Below are positions 1-9,246 of a stretch of 64,000 bases of DNA, piece by piece. The stretch is from assembly GCA_964453605.1 (NCBI GenBank), contig CAYVOI010000001.1, forward strand, positions 102,276 to 166,275, in the 5' to 3' direction. Both the position numbers and the translations under genes were made by a program. The stretch comes from an uncultured Gammaproteobacteria bacterium. Its GTDB lineage: Bacteria; Patescibacteriota; Patescibacteriia; Veblenbacterales; UBA10138. Within the stretch, counting starts at the first letter, position 1, and the number at the start of each line of letters is the position of its first letter. A model generated the notes under the pieces. That model ran no database searches, was not told where the DNA came from, and saw only the letters and a list, made by a program, of their open reading frames with translations.

Positions 1-14
1 CGGCTAGCCTCGCC

Positions 15-1379
15 GTGCAGGTACTAGTGCAGCGCTATGACACAGCATATTCGGCAGCTCAGGTTAAACGGGCCGGTATTGAGGAGGCGAGTTTTATTGA
101 TCAGCAGCGTCTCCCCAGCGACGCCAGGGCGATAGCCCGTACGGTGCTCGCGTTCTACGACTACGTAGTCTACAGCGGAACGGTGATGCTATCGGAGCAG
201 GAGCGGCAGCTGGTAGTGGCGAAGACGACAGAGGTTGATGAGGGCGCAGAGCTAGGGGAACCTACCGCCTCGGCCAGTCAGCCCCCTCCTCCGCTGCCGC
301 CCACGGTTCAATTGTCTCCGCCCCCAGCCACACCCAGGGCCGTAGTACCTACACCAAGCGCAGTTCGGCCACAGCCGCGTACCGTCAGCTCGGCTAGCGG
401 CACACCACTGCCACCAGGTGTACCCGACGTACTTAAGATGGGCGAACCAGCTTTTTTCTTTGACCTTAGTGATGAGCGCGAGGCTGACCAGTTCCGCCAG
501 GCTAGCCCCCCGTGGGGGACCGCAGGTAACCTTGAGCAGCAGCTCAGGGCGTTGGCTGACCAGGTTATCACGGCCAATAAGTTCAGCTTCAAGGAAGAGG
601 TTTCGAAGCGGCGGTTCGTGAACCTATTTGTGTCGCGCCTCAAAGACGTGCGCAGCGTGGTGGATGCCCGTGAGCTACTCTTGAAGCCGGTAGCCTCGGG
701 CGGGTTAGGACTAGCGCCTGACAAAGCTGAGCAGGTGATTACAATCATCGAGCGTGCCAAGCAAGAGTTGGCAGCCCACCCCCTGCCCGCCACCCCGTTG
801 GCTAGCCTGCCGGTGGTGGTCCCGCCAGCTCCCGCTGCGCTGCCGGCTGGCCCAGTCATGCCAAGGTCAGAGGTGCCTGGTAGCCCGTCGGGTGCTGTGT
901 CACCCGCGACGTTGTCAGACTGGCGTACTGAGATGCTGGAGGAAATAGCGCGGTTAGCTCCTGAGGTGCCGCCAGCTACGGCCGGTAAACGTGAGTTGCC
1001 GCCCAGGCCCCAGGCCGAGCGCCCCCAGGTTATGGACGTCAAAGCTCCACCCCGAACTCTCGGACCCCTGGAGGAGCTTAAGACCTTAAGCCTCACCGAT
1101 TTTCGCCGACTCGACCCCTCGCCCGTGGAAGCGCTGGCGCACATACGCGCCAAAATAGATTTGATTGGTGAGGCCTCGGTTACCAGGCGCCTGCAAGCTA
1201 TCCGCGCCTGGCAGGCGGCGCCGCTGTACCAGCTCTACCTTATGGTCGGGCGTGAGTGCATCGAGCAGGGGAAGGTGGTAGCCCAGGTGGCGGCTGACCG
1301 TGAGGCGCGCGGCGAGCCAACGCTGAGCGAGGCTGAGTTCGATGCCATTGTCGATTTCAACACTAAGCTACGCTTCTAG
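15..1379 (+). CDS. Proline-rich hypothetical protein at the head of the T4SS-like cluster (may start before the window)
   Basis: Long ORF with Pro-rich linkers between helical domains; ends 3 nt before the PrgI-like gene. Confidence 0.75.
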   Translation: MQVLVQRYDTAYSAAQVKRAGIEEASFIDQQRLPSDARAIARTVLAFYDYVVYSGTVMLSEQERQLVVAKTTEVDEGAELGEPTASASQPPPPLPPTVQLSPPPATPRAVVPTPSAVRPQPRTVSSASGTPLPPGVPDVLKMGEPAFFFDLSDEREADQFRQASPPWGTAGNLEQQLRALADQVITANKFSFKEEVSKRRFVNLFVSRLKDVRSVVDARELLLKPVASGGLGLAPDKAEQVITIIERAKQELAAHPLPATPLASLPVVVPPAPAALPAGPVMPRSEVPGSPSGAVSPATLSDWRTEMLEEIARLAPEVPPATAGKRELPPRPQAERPQVMDVKAPPRTLGPLEELKTLSLTDFRRLDPSPVEALAHIRAKIDLIGEASVTRRLQAIRAWQAAPLYQLYLMVGRECIEQGKVVAQVAADREARGEPTLSEAEFDAIVDFNTKLRF

Positions 1380-1382
1380 TGT

Positions 1383-1826
1383 ATGGAGCAGTTCGTGGTA
1401 CCACAGTTTATAGATGTAGAGGATAAAATCATCGGACCTCTAACGGTGCGGCAGTTTATCATTATTATGGTGGTAGGCTTCTTCGTCTTCCTCGAGTTTC
1501 GGCTGGCCACGCTGGGTTTCTTTATTGTGGAAGCTGTGCTGAGCCTAGCAATTGGTGGGCTGTTCGCTTTTGGTAAGTTCAACGGCATGCCGTTCCACTA
1601 CTTTTTAGTGAACCTAGTGCAAACGCTCCGACGCCCTAAGCTGAGGGTGTGGCAACGCACTATTAGTACCTCGGACGTTGAGGAAGCGGTGCACCCGCCG
1701 GCTGAACTCGTGCGCGCCACGCCGCCGGCGCCAGCTAAGCCACTGCTCCAGGAGTCACGACTGCAGCAGCTGACGCTACAAGTTGATACCGGTGGTTCCT
1801 ACCACCCCGAAGAAGAGCCTAAGTAA
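1383..1826 (+). CDS. PrgI family (VirB3-like) membrane protein
   Basis: N-terminal VPQFIDVEDKIIGPLTVRQF motif and two TM segments, upstream of a VirB4-like ATPase. Confidence 0.85.
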   Translation: MEQFVVPQFIDVEDKIIGPLTVRQFIIIMVVGFFVFLEFRLATLGFFIVEAVLSLAIGGLFAFGKFNGMPFHYFLVNLVQTLRRPKLRVWQRTISTSDVEEAVHPPAELVRATPPAPAKPLLQESRLQQLTLQVDTGGSYHPEEEPK

Positions 1827-1902
1827 ATTACCCCACTACCAAACGCCCGTAGTAACGCTGCGGCGTGGTATACTTACCCGGTAGCCTCCTCACCTCGTTC
1901 TC

Positions 1903-2595
1903 ATGGCAAAAAAAGGTAAAGCCAAACCCAAGAAACCAAAGGCCGGTCCGCCCACCAGCTCGTACCTCGAGATTGCTGAAATTCACGATAACTGCGTGGT
2001 CATGAAAGACGGCACGCTCAGGGCCCTGTTCTTGTGCTCGTCGGTGAACTTTGCCCTGAAGAGCGAGGACGAGCAGAACGCCACCATTCAGGCCTACGTG
2101 AGCTTTTTGAACTCACTCGATGCCCCGCTCCAAATTGTGGTGCAATCGCGCAAGCTTAACATCGACGGCTACCTCAGTAAGCTCGAAGCTATGGAGAAGA
2201 GCCAGGTGAACGAGCTCCTGCGAGTGCAAACCTCGGAGTACCTGGCCTACATTCGTGAGCTCATTAGCTTAGGCGACATCATGACCAAGCGGTTCTACGT
2301 CGTCGTGACCTACGACCACCGGTCAGACAAGCGCCGTAGCTTCTGGCGCCGCTTGCTCTCTGTTTTCACGGCGGCAGCCAGCATCAAACTGTCGCGCGAC
2401 GAGTTTGCCCGCTACGCCGAGGCGCTGGAGCGCCGCGCCGGCTACATCGTGTCTGGCCTGACCTCCATGGGCCTCAAAGTTGCCAGGCTCGACACCCAAG
2501 GCCTGATAGAGCTCTACTACACTACCTACAACCCCGAGCTTAGGGAGCGCCAGAAGCTGGTTGAGCTCGACAAGCTCCAGGTAGGTGCCAGCTAA
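1903..2595 (+). CDS. TraC/VirB4 N-terminal-like accessory protein
   Basis: SSVNFALKSEDEQ and FLNSL..P.QI motifs; lies between prgI-like and VirB4-like genes. Confidence 0.7.
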   Translation: MAKKGKAKPKKPKAGPPTSSYLEIAEIHDNCVVMKDGTLRALFLCSSVNFALKSEDEQNATIQAYVSFLNSLDAPLQIVVQSRKLNIDGYLSKLEAMEKSQVNELLRVQTSEYLAYIRELISLGDIMTKRFYVVVTYDHRSDKRRSFWRRLLSVFTAAASIKLSRDEFARYAEALERRAGYIVSGLTSMGLKVARLDTQGLIELYYTTYNPELRERQKLVELDKLQVGAS

Positions 2596-4483
2596 GCGTA
2601 CCGTACGTATGGCCATTACTGCCCGACAAGCTAGCGCTGAGCTGCAGCGTCCGGTGAGCACCCTGCCCCAGCCGGAAGAGCTTCCGCCCGCCAGCGAAAA
2701 AGAACTGCTGGAGGCCGAGCGCCTGCTCCGCGAAGGTTCGGTCAGGGTTCGTGATATCATCGCCCCCGCCAGCTTAAAGGTTACCCCCGATCACCTTGAG
2801 CTCAATGGGCTCTGGCTCCGGACGCTCTTCGTTATGACCTACCCCCGTTACATTTCGGTGGGCTGGTTTGCGCCCATTATCAACCTCAACGCCACCTTAG
2901 ACGTCAGTATGTTCTTCTACATGGTACCGTCGGAGATAATTTTGAAGCAGCTCAGGAACCGGGTGGGTGGCATTGAGGCGCAAATTGTAGCCGACCACGA
3001 AAAGGGTGCCCCCCGTGACCCTATTCGCGAAACCGCGCTTCGTGACATCGAGCAGCTCAGGGATTCGCTCACCCAGGGCACCGAGCGCTTTTTCCAGGTG
3101 GCCCTCTACGTCACGCTCTACGCTAAGGACAAGACCGAGCTCGACAAGCTGACGGAGGAGGTGGAGTCTATCTTCGGCTCCAAGCTGGTGTACTCCCGCC
3201 GGGCGCTCTGGCAAACTGAACAAGGGTTCAACTCCACGCTACCGCAAGCCACCGACGACCTGCAGATCTACTTCAACATGAACACCAGCCCGGCGGCTTC
3301 GAGCTTCCCCTTTATTTCCTCCGAGCTCACCTCGGACAGCGGCATTCTCTACGGCATCAACCGGCACAACAACTCACTCATTCTGTTTGACCGTTTTAGC
3401 TTGCAGAACGCCAACATGAGCGTGTTCGCCACGAGTGGCGCCGGTAAGAGCTACGCTGTGAAGCTCGAGGTGCTCAGGAGCCTCATGATGGGGACCGACG
3501 TTATCATCATCGACCCTGAAATGGAGTACAAGCACCTCAGTGAGGCGGTCGGAGGTGCTTACGTTAACATCTCGTTGAATTCAGAGTCTAAGATAAATCC
3601 GTTTGACCTGCCGCGACCAGTGGGTGACGTGAACACTGGTGACATTATCCGCTCGGCTGTGATAACCCTGAAAGGCCTGATGCGCTTAATGCTCGGGAGC
3701 TTAACCCACGTAGAGGATTCGCTTATCGACCGGGCACTCCTTGAAACCTACGCCAAGAAAGACATTACCCCGGCATCGGACCTCTCTAAAGTTGAAGCGC
3801 CGGTGATGGCCGACTTCCAGGAAGTGTTAGGTGGTATGCAGGGCGGTGAAGATTTGGCGCTCCGTTTGAAAAAGTACACCGAGGGTACGTTCGCTGGCCT
3901 CTTCAACAGCCCTACGAATGTTGACGTCAAAAACCAGTTGGTGGTGTTCTCAGTCAGGGACTTGGAAGATGAGCTCAGGCCCATCGCTATCTACACCATT
4001 GTGAACTACATTTGGAACGTGGTGCGGAGTGAGCTCAAGAAACGCTTACTCGTTATTGATGAGGCGTGGTGGCTGATGCAGAACGAGGACAGCGCTAAGT
4101 TCATTTTCGCGCTCGTGAAGCGCTGCCGTAAGTACTACCTCGGGGTGACCACCATTACGCAAGACGTTAACGACTTCTTAACCAGCCCTTATGGCCAGGC
4201 TATTGTGAACAACTCGGCGTTGCAGCTCTTGCTCAAGCAGTCACCCGCTGGCATAGACCTGGTGGTAAAAACGTTCCTCCTCACCGAGGGCGAAAAGTAC
4301 TTGCTCCTCGAGTGCGGCGTAGGTGAGGGCATTTTCTTTGCCGGCTCCAAGCACGCGGCTATTAAGGTGGTGGCCTCCTACACCGAGGACCAGCTCATAA
4401 CGAGCGACCCCCGGCAGCTCCTCGAAATTGAACAGGCCAAGAAAGAGTTTGAGGCCAGCCTCAAAGAACCGGACATTGGTTAA
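2585..4483 (+). CDS. virB4: VirB4/TraE-like secretion ATPase (start may be ATG 2609)
   Basis: Walker A ATSGAGKS, IIDPE.EY, INPFD, Walker B IDEAW, RKY..TQ. Confidence 0.9.
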   Translation: MPAKRTVRMAITARQASAELQRPVSTLPQPEELPPASEKELLEAERLLREGSVRVRDIIAPASLKVTPDHLELNGLWLRTLFVMTYPRYISVGWFAPIINLNATLDVSMFFYMVPSEIILKQLRNRVGGIEAQIVADHEKGAPRDPIRETALRDIEQLRDSLTQGTERFFQVALYVTLYAKDKTELDKLTEEVESIFGSKLVYSRRALWQTEQGFNSTLPQATDDLQIYFNMNTSPAASSFPFISSELTSDSGILYGINRHNNSLILFDRFSLQNANMSVFATSGAGKSYAVKLEVLRSLMMGTDVIIIDPEMEYKHLSEAVGGAYVNISLNSESKINPFDLPRPVGDVNTGDIIRSAVITLKGLMRLMLGSLTHVEDSLIDRALLETYAKKDITPASDLSKVEAPVMADFQEVLGGMQGGEDLALRLKKYTEGTFAGLFNSPTNVDVKNQLVVFSVRDLEDELRPIAIYTIVNYIWNVVRSELKKRLLVIDEAWWLMQNEDSAKFIFALVKRCRKYYLGVTTITQDVNDFLTSPYGQAIVNNSALQLLLKQSPAGIDLVVKTFLLTEGEKYLLLECGVGEGIFFAGSKHAAIKVVASYTEDQLITSDPRQLLEIEQAKKEFEASLKEPDIG

Positions 4484-4503
4484 CGTAATTTCCCCCGTAC
4501 CCT

Positions 4504-5064
4504 ATGTGGCGAAAGATAGTGCCCCTAGCCGTTGGTGTACTCGTGGTGGCCGCGGCCGCCTGGTACTGGTTTGTGTACCTGGCGCCTGCTCCGGTGCAGC
4601 CTACAAATCCAGGCACAGCCAGCCAGGCCGTGAACCAACCAGGCCCTACACCTAGTACTAACCAGCCAGCCCAGGTTCAACCCGAACCGGTTGATCCAAC
4701 CTTAGGGTGGCGTGTGCTAGCTCAGAACTTTGCTGAGCGCTACGGCAGCTACTCTACCGATCTGCCGTTCCAGAACCTTAAGACCTTGAGCTCGCTGGTC
4801 ACACCCGCCTTTCAAGAACGTCTCAGCGCTCAGGTGGCAGGCGGTTCCACGGGCCCAGGGTTTTACAGCGTAACTACGCGAGCACTCATGGCAGAGAACC
4901 AAGCAGGTGGTACTGAGGGTATGACGGTAAACGTTTCCACCCAGCGCAGCGAACGCTTTAGCCGTGACGGTGCACCGCAGGTTTCGTACGCTGTGCTCCA
5001 GGTAGAGCTCAAACAGGTCAGCGGTACCTGGTTGGTAGATTCAGCTGCTTGGCAGAAGAAGTAA
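4504..5064 (+). CDS. Membrane-anchored protein, possibly VirB8/TcpC-like (NTF2 fold)
   Basis: N-terminal TM, Pro/Gln linker, FAERYGSYS motif, C-terminal WLVD; follows the VirB4-like gene. Confidence 0.55.
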   Translation: MWRKIVPLAVGVLVVAAAAWYWFVYLAPAPVQPTNPGTASQAVNQPGPTPSTNQPAQVQPEPVDPTLGWRVLAQNFAERYGSYSTDLPFQNLKTLSSLVTPAFQERLSAQVAGGSTGPGFYSVTTRALMAENQAGGTEGMTVNVSTQRSERFSRDGAPQVSYAVLQVELKQVSGTWLVDSAAWQKK

Positions 5065-5081
5065 CTATTTTTCTTAGGTTA

Positions 5082-5112
5082 TATTCTAATATTCCTAGGA
5101 ACATTGGAGTAA
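5082..5112. promoter_or_regulatory. Imperfect palindrome, candidate ArsR operator
   Basis: tattctaatattcctaggaacattggagtaa just before a TATACT -10; 27/31 copy at 5367-5397. Confidence 0.55.
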
Positions 5113-5127
5113 TGGTATACTGTATTT

Positions 5128-5397
5128 ATGCAGAGCTACCGAAGTCTTGAGCGTCTGGTGAGAGGGTTCGCCAGTCATCGTCGAATTGAGATTATGGTGC
5201 TGCTGGGACGTGGGCTGGCGCTTACGGTGTTCGATGTGGCCGATAGGCTACGTATCAATTTTCGTACTGCCTCGGAACACCTGCGCCGTTTGTACACCGC
5301 CGGATTAGTCGGCAAGCGTAATCGTGGCGCGGCGGTAGAACATACGCTCACCGAGCAGGGGAGAGTTATTCTAAAGTTCCTAAGAACATTGGAATAA
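5128..5397 (+). CDS. ArsR-family winged-HTH regulator
   Basis: R.EI..LL and TASEHLRRLYTAGLV recognition helix plus wing; 89 aa. Confidence 0.85.
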   Translation: MQSYRSLERLVRGFASHRRIEIMVLLGRGLALTVFDVADRLRINFRTASEHLRRLYTAGLVGKRNRGAAVEHTLTEQGRVILKFLRTLE

Positions 5398-5412
5398 GGT
5401 TTTTGAGATTGT

Positions 5413-5940
5413 ATGGCTGAGCAGGTACAAGCAGACACAACTGAAGACCTGGTTGAGCAAGCGCCGGCAGAGAGCGTTGAGCAACGTAATGAGCGTGAGC
5501 TCACGGAAACCCGCGCTAAGGCCAGCGTATTAGAGCGCGCACTTAAACTTGAGACAACGGGCGTCGACTCGCTCGACCAAGCAGCTAATAAAACTTCGCA
5601 GCAGTGGCTTGATGACACCAAGCTGGCGCTGCTGCCGCTGTTCTACCTCTACCTGCCGCTCTTGGCCATTTTTGTGATAGTCGTGATTGAGCTCATGCTA
5701 CCACTGTGGCGCAGCTCGTGGACTCTCCCTCTCTGGCGCAAGGTGGTGTACTGGGTCTACATTGTACTGTTTGTATTCCTGACCATAACAATCCTCGGGG
5801 CCCTGGCCTACCTCTACAAGCACCCCGACAAGTTTTGCACCTTGGTGTTGGACGGTACGTGGTGGGGGGCCGTGCCTGGGGTTAAGCAGGCCGGGTGCAG
5901 TGTTTTTGGTTGGTTGTTCAATTTGTTCAAGCCCGGCTAG
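5413..5940 (+). CDS. Hypothetical membrane protein
   Basis: Acidic N-terminus and two TM segments; in operon context. Confidence 0.7.
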   Translation: MAEQVQADTTEDLVEQAPAESVEQRNERELTETRAKASVLERALKLETTGVDSLDQAANKTSQQWLDDTKLALLPLFYLYLPLLAIFVIVVIELMLPLWRSSWTLPLWRKVVYWVYIVLFVFLTITILGALAYLYKHPDKFCTLVLDGTWWGAVPGVKQAGCSVFGWLFNLFKPG

Positions 5941-5972
5941 GAATTTTTGAGCTGAGCGGGTATGATTAAGCT

Positions 5973-7262
5973 ATGAGGCAACGTTTGAGCGCAGCTGTGG
6001 TCGGTAGCATAGCCCTGGGGCTGTTCTCGGCAGCACTCTTAGCACCAGCGCCGGCTGGCGCCGTTTCATGCCAGTGTTTTGAGGCAGCAGCAGATACCCA
6101 GAGTAACGTTGCGGTACCTATTAATGGTGGTAACCCCTACTGTGCCCAGGTTACCTCGATTACTGATTGTAGTCCGAAACATTTCGGTTTGCAGTCACAG
6201 CGGATTGAATCCACTAGCGATTTTGGCTTTGGTACTACCTATACGACCTCCTGTCTTAGCTACCGCGATAATGCCTGCAAAATACTGGTGGGGAGCGTCG
6301 CTGACCCCCGTTCAATATTCAACCCCTGTTGGACCAAAGACCAGTGCCAGGCTGCGGATGGTGATTTTGATGACAGTGGCAAAGACTCTCCGAGCTGTGA
6401 ACCGTTTGCGGGTCAGCCAACGGCCCGGTGCTTTGTGAAACCACCACTCATTAAACTGCAAATCCCTATCCCTGGGCTGGGGGACACGGTTCAGGGCGGG
6501 TTCCCTGAGTACCTAGCCGCGTTCTATAAGTTTTTTGTGGCTCTTCTCGCCGTAGCTTCTGTAGTCATGGTGATGTGGGGTGGGTTCAAGCGCATTATGG
6601 CCGTAGGCAGCCCGGAAAAAATAAAAGACGCCAACGACGCCATAGCCGGTGCTATCACCGGTTTGGTTCTCGTGCTCATTTCTTACTCACTGCTGGCGCT
6701 CCTTAACCCACGGCTGGTTACCTCTACCAGGCTTACCTTGGACAAGGTAAAAACGCAACTGTTCGGTAACTGGTGCCCCGCTACTGACCCGACAAACAAA
6801 AACATACAGTACCAGTGTGGCGATAAGGCTACCATAGAGGGTCAAGCCTGTGTGGGGAGCGCGTGTCCCATAAGCGGTACGGGCTGCTACAAGGTGAGTG
6901 ATTCCGGGGGAGTTGATAGTACGGGCCGCTTTACTGACTACCAGTGCTTAACGCCAGAAGACGCTTGCAATAGCGTACTACGAGGTACGGCGCTGAGAAT
7001 TCATGGTGCCAAAGATAACTATAGCGGCTACCAGGCGGTTTGCAGCAGCTTTAACCGCTCTATCGCAGGTCAGCAGTATTTGTGTCTATGGCAAGGTGGG
7101 GCGGAAAAATGCCAGTGGTATACACCTGCCAATATCGCGCAGGTGTGTGCTGATCATTCAGGTTGCTCGGCATTCAGTGCCGGTGGTAATTTGAAGGGTT
7201 TTTGTACATTTGATTTGTGTAATCGGGGCTGTAAGATTGATGGAGCTGCTTGTAAACCCTAG
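5973..7262 (+). CDS. CPR T4SS-type (TrbC/VirB2-like) pilin with Cys-rich N- and C-terminal domains
   Basis: Signal peptide; core AVASVVMVMWGG..GSPEKI..A..AI..AITGLVLVLISYSLL..LNP; many Cys. Confidence 0.8.
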   Translation: MRQRLSAAVVGSIALGLFSAALLAPAPAGAVSCQCFEAAADTQSNVAVPINGGNPYCAQVTSITDCSPKHFGLQSQRIESTSDFGFGTTYTTSCLSYRDNACKILVGSVADPRSIFNPCWTKDQCQAADGDFDDSGKDSPSCEPFAGQPTARCFVKPPLIKLQIPIPGLGDTVQGGFPEYLAAFYKFFVALLAVASVVMVMWGGFKRIMAVGSPEKIKDANDAIAGAITGLVLVLISYSLLALLNPRLVTSTRLTLDKVKTQLFGNWCPATDPTNKNIQYQCGDKATIEGQACVGSACPISGTGCYKVSDSGGVDSTGRFTDYQCLTPEDACNSVLRGTALRIHGAKDNYSGYQAVCSSFNRSIAGQQYLCLWQGGAEKCQWYTPANIAQVCADHSGCSAFSAGGNLKGFCTFDLCNRGCKIDGAACKP

Positions 7263-7265
7263 TCT

Positions 7266-8516
7266 ATGTTCGCAAACCTTGATCGCAAGAAAGTCTTGTT
7301 GGTAGCTGGCGTAGCGCTGGCGGTAGCAGTTCTGGTTTGGCTGGTGCTTAGGCTCTTAGCTAAACCACAACCCCCGCAGCCGCCCGTGAACCAGAACCTC
7401 AACCGCCCGGTGAACTTTCCGGTTGGTGTGAACGGCAACCTGAACGTTAGCCCAATCGGTGGCACCAACTTGCCGCTCGCTAACGGTAATGTGAATGTAC
7501 CTGGTGGACCTGGCGGTAGCCCGGTAGCTAGCGGCGGGCCTACGGCTACGGCGGCTATTACCTCCGGCCCGGCGCTGGCCCCCACCGCTGGCGCGGCTGG
7601 CTCCGTACGCTACTACAACCCCACCGATGGTAAGTTCTACGAACTTCTGGGCGGTACCGCGCATACCTTGAGCGACGCTTCGTACCCTGAGGCACAAAAC
7701 ATTACCTGGTCGCCACAGAAGAGCAGTGCTATTCTAGAGTTTCCCGATGGCGCTAAGGTGCTGTACGATTTTGACAAACACAAGCAGTTCACCTTACCCA
7801 AAGAAATGACCGAGTTTTCCTTTGCACCCGACGGACAGAAAATCGCTGGTAAGTACCTGGGTACCAACCCAGCTAACAACTGGATAACAACGGTGAACCC
7901 CGACGGCTCCGGCCTTACCGGGGTTGAGCCGATGGGAGAGAACGCCGACAAGGTGGAGGTAGCTTGGTCGCCCAATAACCAGGTGGTTGCCCTGTCGCGC
8001 ACCGGCGACCCGGCGGGCTTGTTCCAGCAGAACGTGCTCCTCATAGGGTTCCACGGCGAGAACTTTCGGCAGCTGACGGTCGACGGGCGTGGCTTTGACG
8101 CCCGCTGGACGCCCGATGGTAATCGGCTGCTGTACTCGGTTTACAGCGACACCACCAACTACCAGCCCACTCTCTACCTGGCCGATGCCAGTGCCGACCG
8201 CGTGGGGGCCAACAAGCAGGCGCTCCAGCTTAATACCTGGGTGGATAAGTGCACAGTTGAGGGCGGTGTGGCGTACTGTGCTGTGCCAACACAGCTGCCC
8301 CAGGGTGCCGCGTTCAGCCGCGAGCTAGCAGCCGGCACGCCCGATTACATTTACCGCATAGACCTGGCCACTGGCGGTACTACCTTGGTGGCTCAGCCGC
8401 TGGGGCAAAACGGTGCTGGGCTCACCGCCAGTAACCTGACCGTGGCTGGCGATGGCAGTATGCTCTACTTTACCGATAGCCAGGGAACCTTGCGGAGCGT
8501 GAAGCTAAAGCCGTAG
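7266..8516 (+). CDS. Membrane-anchored TolB-like beta-propeller protein
   Basis: N-terminal TM, Asn/Pro linker, repeated WSP/FAPDG/WTPDG blades. Confidence 0.75.
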   Translation: MFANLDRKKVLLVAGVALAVAVLVWLVLRLLAKPQPPQPPVNQNLNRPVNFPVGVNGNLNVSPIGGTNLPLANGNVNVPGGPGGSPVASGGPTATAAITSGPALAPTAGAAGSVRYYNPTDGKFYELLGGTAHTLSDASYPEAQNITWSPQKSSAILEFPDGAKVLYDFDKHKQFTLPKEMTEFSFAPDGQKIAGKYLGTNPANNWITTVNPDGSGLTGVEPMGENADKVEVAWSPNNQVVALSRTGDPAGLFQQNVLLIGFHGENFRQLTVDGRGFDARWTPDGNRLLYSVYSDTTNYQPTLYLADASADRVGANKQALQLNTWVDKCTVEGGVAYCAVPTQLPQGAAFSRELAAGTPDYIYRIDLATGGTTLVAQPLGQNGAGLTASNLTVAGDGSMLYFTDSQGTLRSVKLKP

Positions 8517-8579
8517 GTGGGCTGAAGCACTACCCGGTCTGTGTTCAGGCTCGGGCTGGTTTAGTGATATGATAGAGCT

Positions 8580-9227
8580 ATGGTGACTACCAGCTCTATG
8601 CTCCGCGTAATGCTGCTCGGTGTTGCGGTGGTGCTAGTGGTGGCGGTGTGGCAGCTCCGCCGAGAGAGTGCTCGCCTGAGCTACCAGCCAGCGCCGAGCG
8701 AGCAGGCTCAGCCCACCAAGCTGCCATCGCAAGTTACCGTTCTGCCGGCTGACCCGGTGCGGGGGGCGGCCACTGCACCACAAACGGTAGTGCTGTTTAG
8801 CGATTTCCAGTGTCCCTACTGTGCTGAGGTGGCACCCATCCTGGCTCAGGCCGTGGCCCAGAACGGTGGCAGGTGGAAGCTGGTGTGGAAAGACTTTCCT
8901 CTGCCCTCACACCCCGAGGCTCTGGCGGCGGCGGAGGCGGCCCAGTGCGCTGGTAGCCAAGGTCGGTTTTGGGAATACCACGACCAGCTGTTCCAGCGGC
9001 AAGCTACGCTCGGGCCCCAGCTCTACCAAGCTCTGGCGCTTGAGTTGAACCTCAGCCCCGAGCCATTCCAGCGCTGTCTGGCGCAGCACACCTTTAAGCC
9101 GTTCATTGAACACAGCCTGGCTGAGGGCGCAGCTATTGGCGTTGATGCCACTCCTTTTTTGGTGGTAGGTAGCAAGGTCTACCGTGGTACGTTTACGGCC
9201 GAGGAGCTAGCCCAGTTTTTGGAGTAA
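8580..9227 (+). CDS. DsbA-family thiol-disulfide oxidoreductase
   Basis: FSDFQCPYC, KDFPL..H, A.EAA.CA..QG.FW and cis-Pro loop ATP. Confidence 0.9.
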   Translation: MVTTSSMLRVMLLGVAVVLVVAVWQLRRESARLSYQPAPSEQAQPTKLPSQVTVLPADPVRGAATAPQTVVLFSDFQCPYCAEVAPILAQAVAQNGGRWKLVWKDFPLPSHPEALAAAEAAQCAGSQGRFWEYHDQLFQRQATLGPQLYQALALELNLSPEPFQRCLAQHTFKPFIEHSLAEGAAIGVDATPFLVVGSKVYRGTFTAEELAQFLE

Positions 9228-9246
9228 GCAGGGAGTTTATTGACCT

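Noticed and set aside
308-1153. Long antisense ORF (and similar ones opposite groEL, uvrA, ppsA)
   Set aside because: Shadow frames of GC-rich genuine genes.
7370-7600. Asn/Pro-rich quasi-repeats
   Set aside because: Ordinary low-complexity linker of a surface protein.
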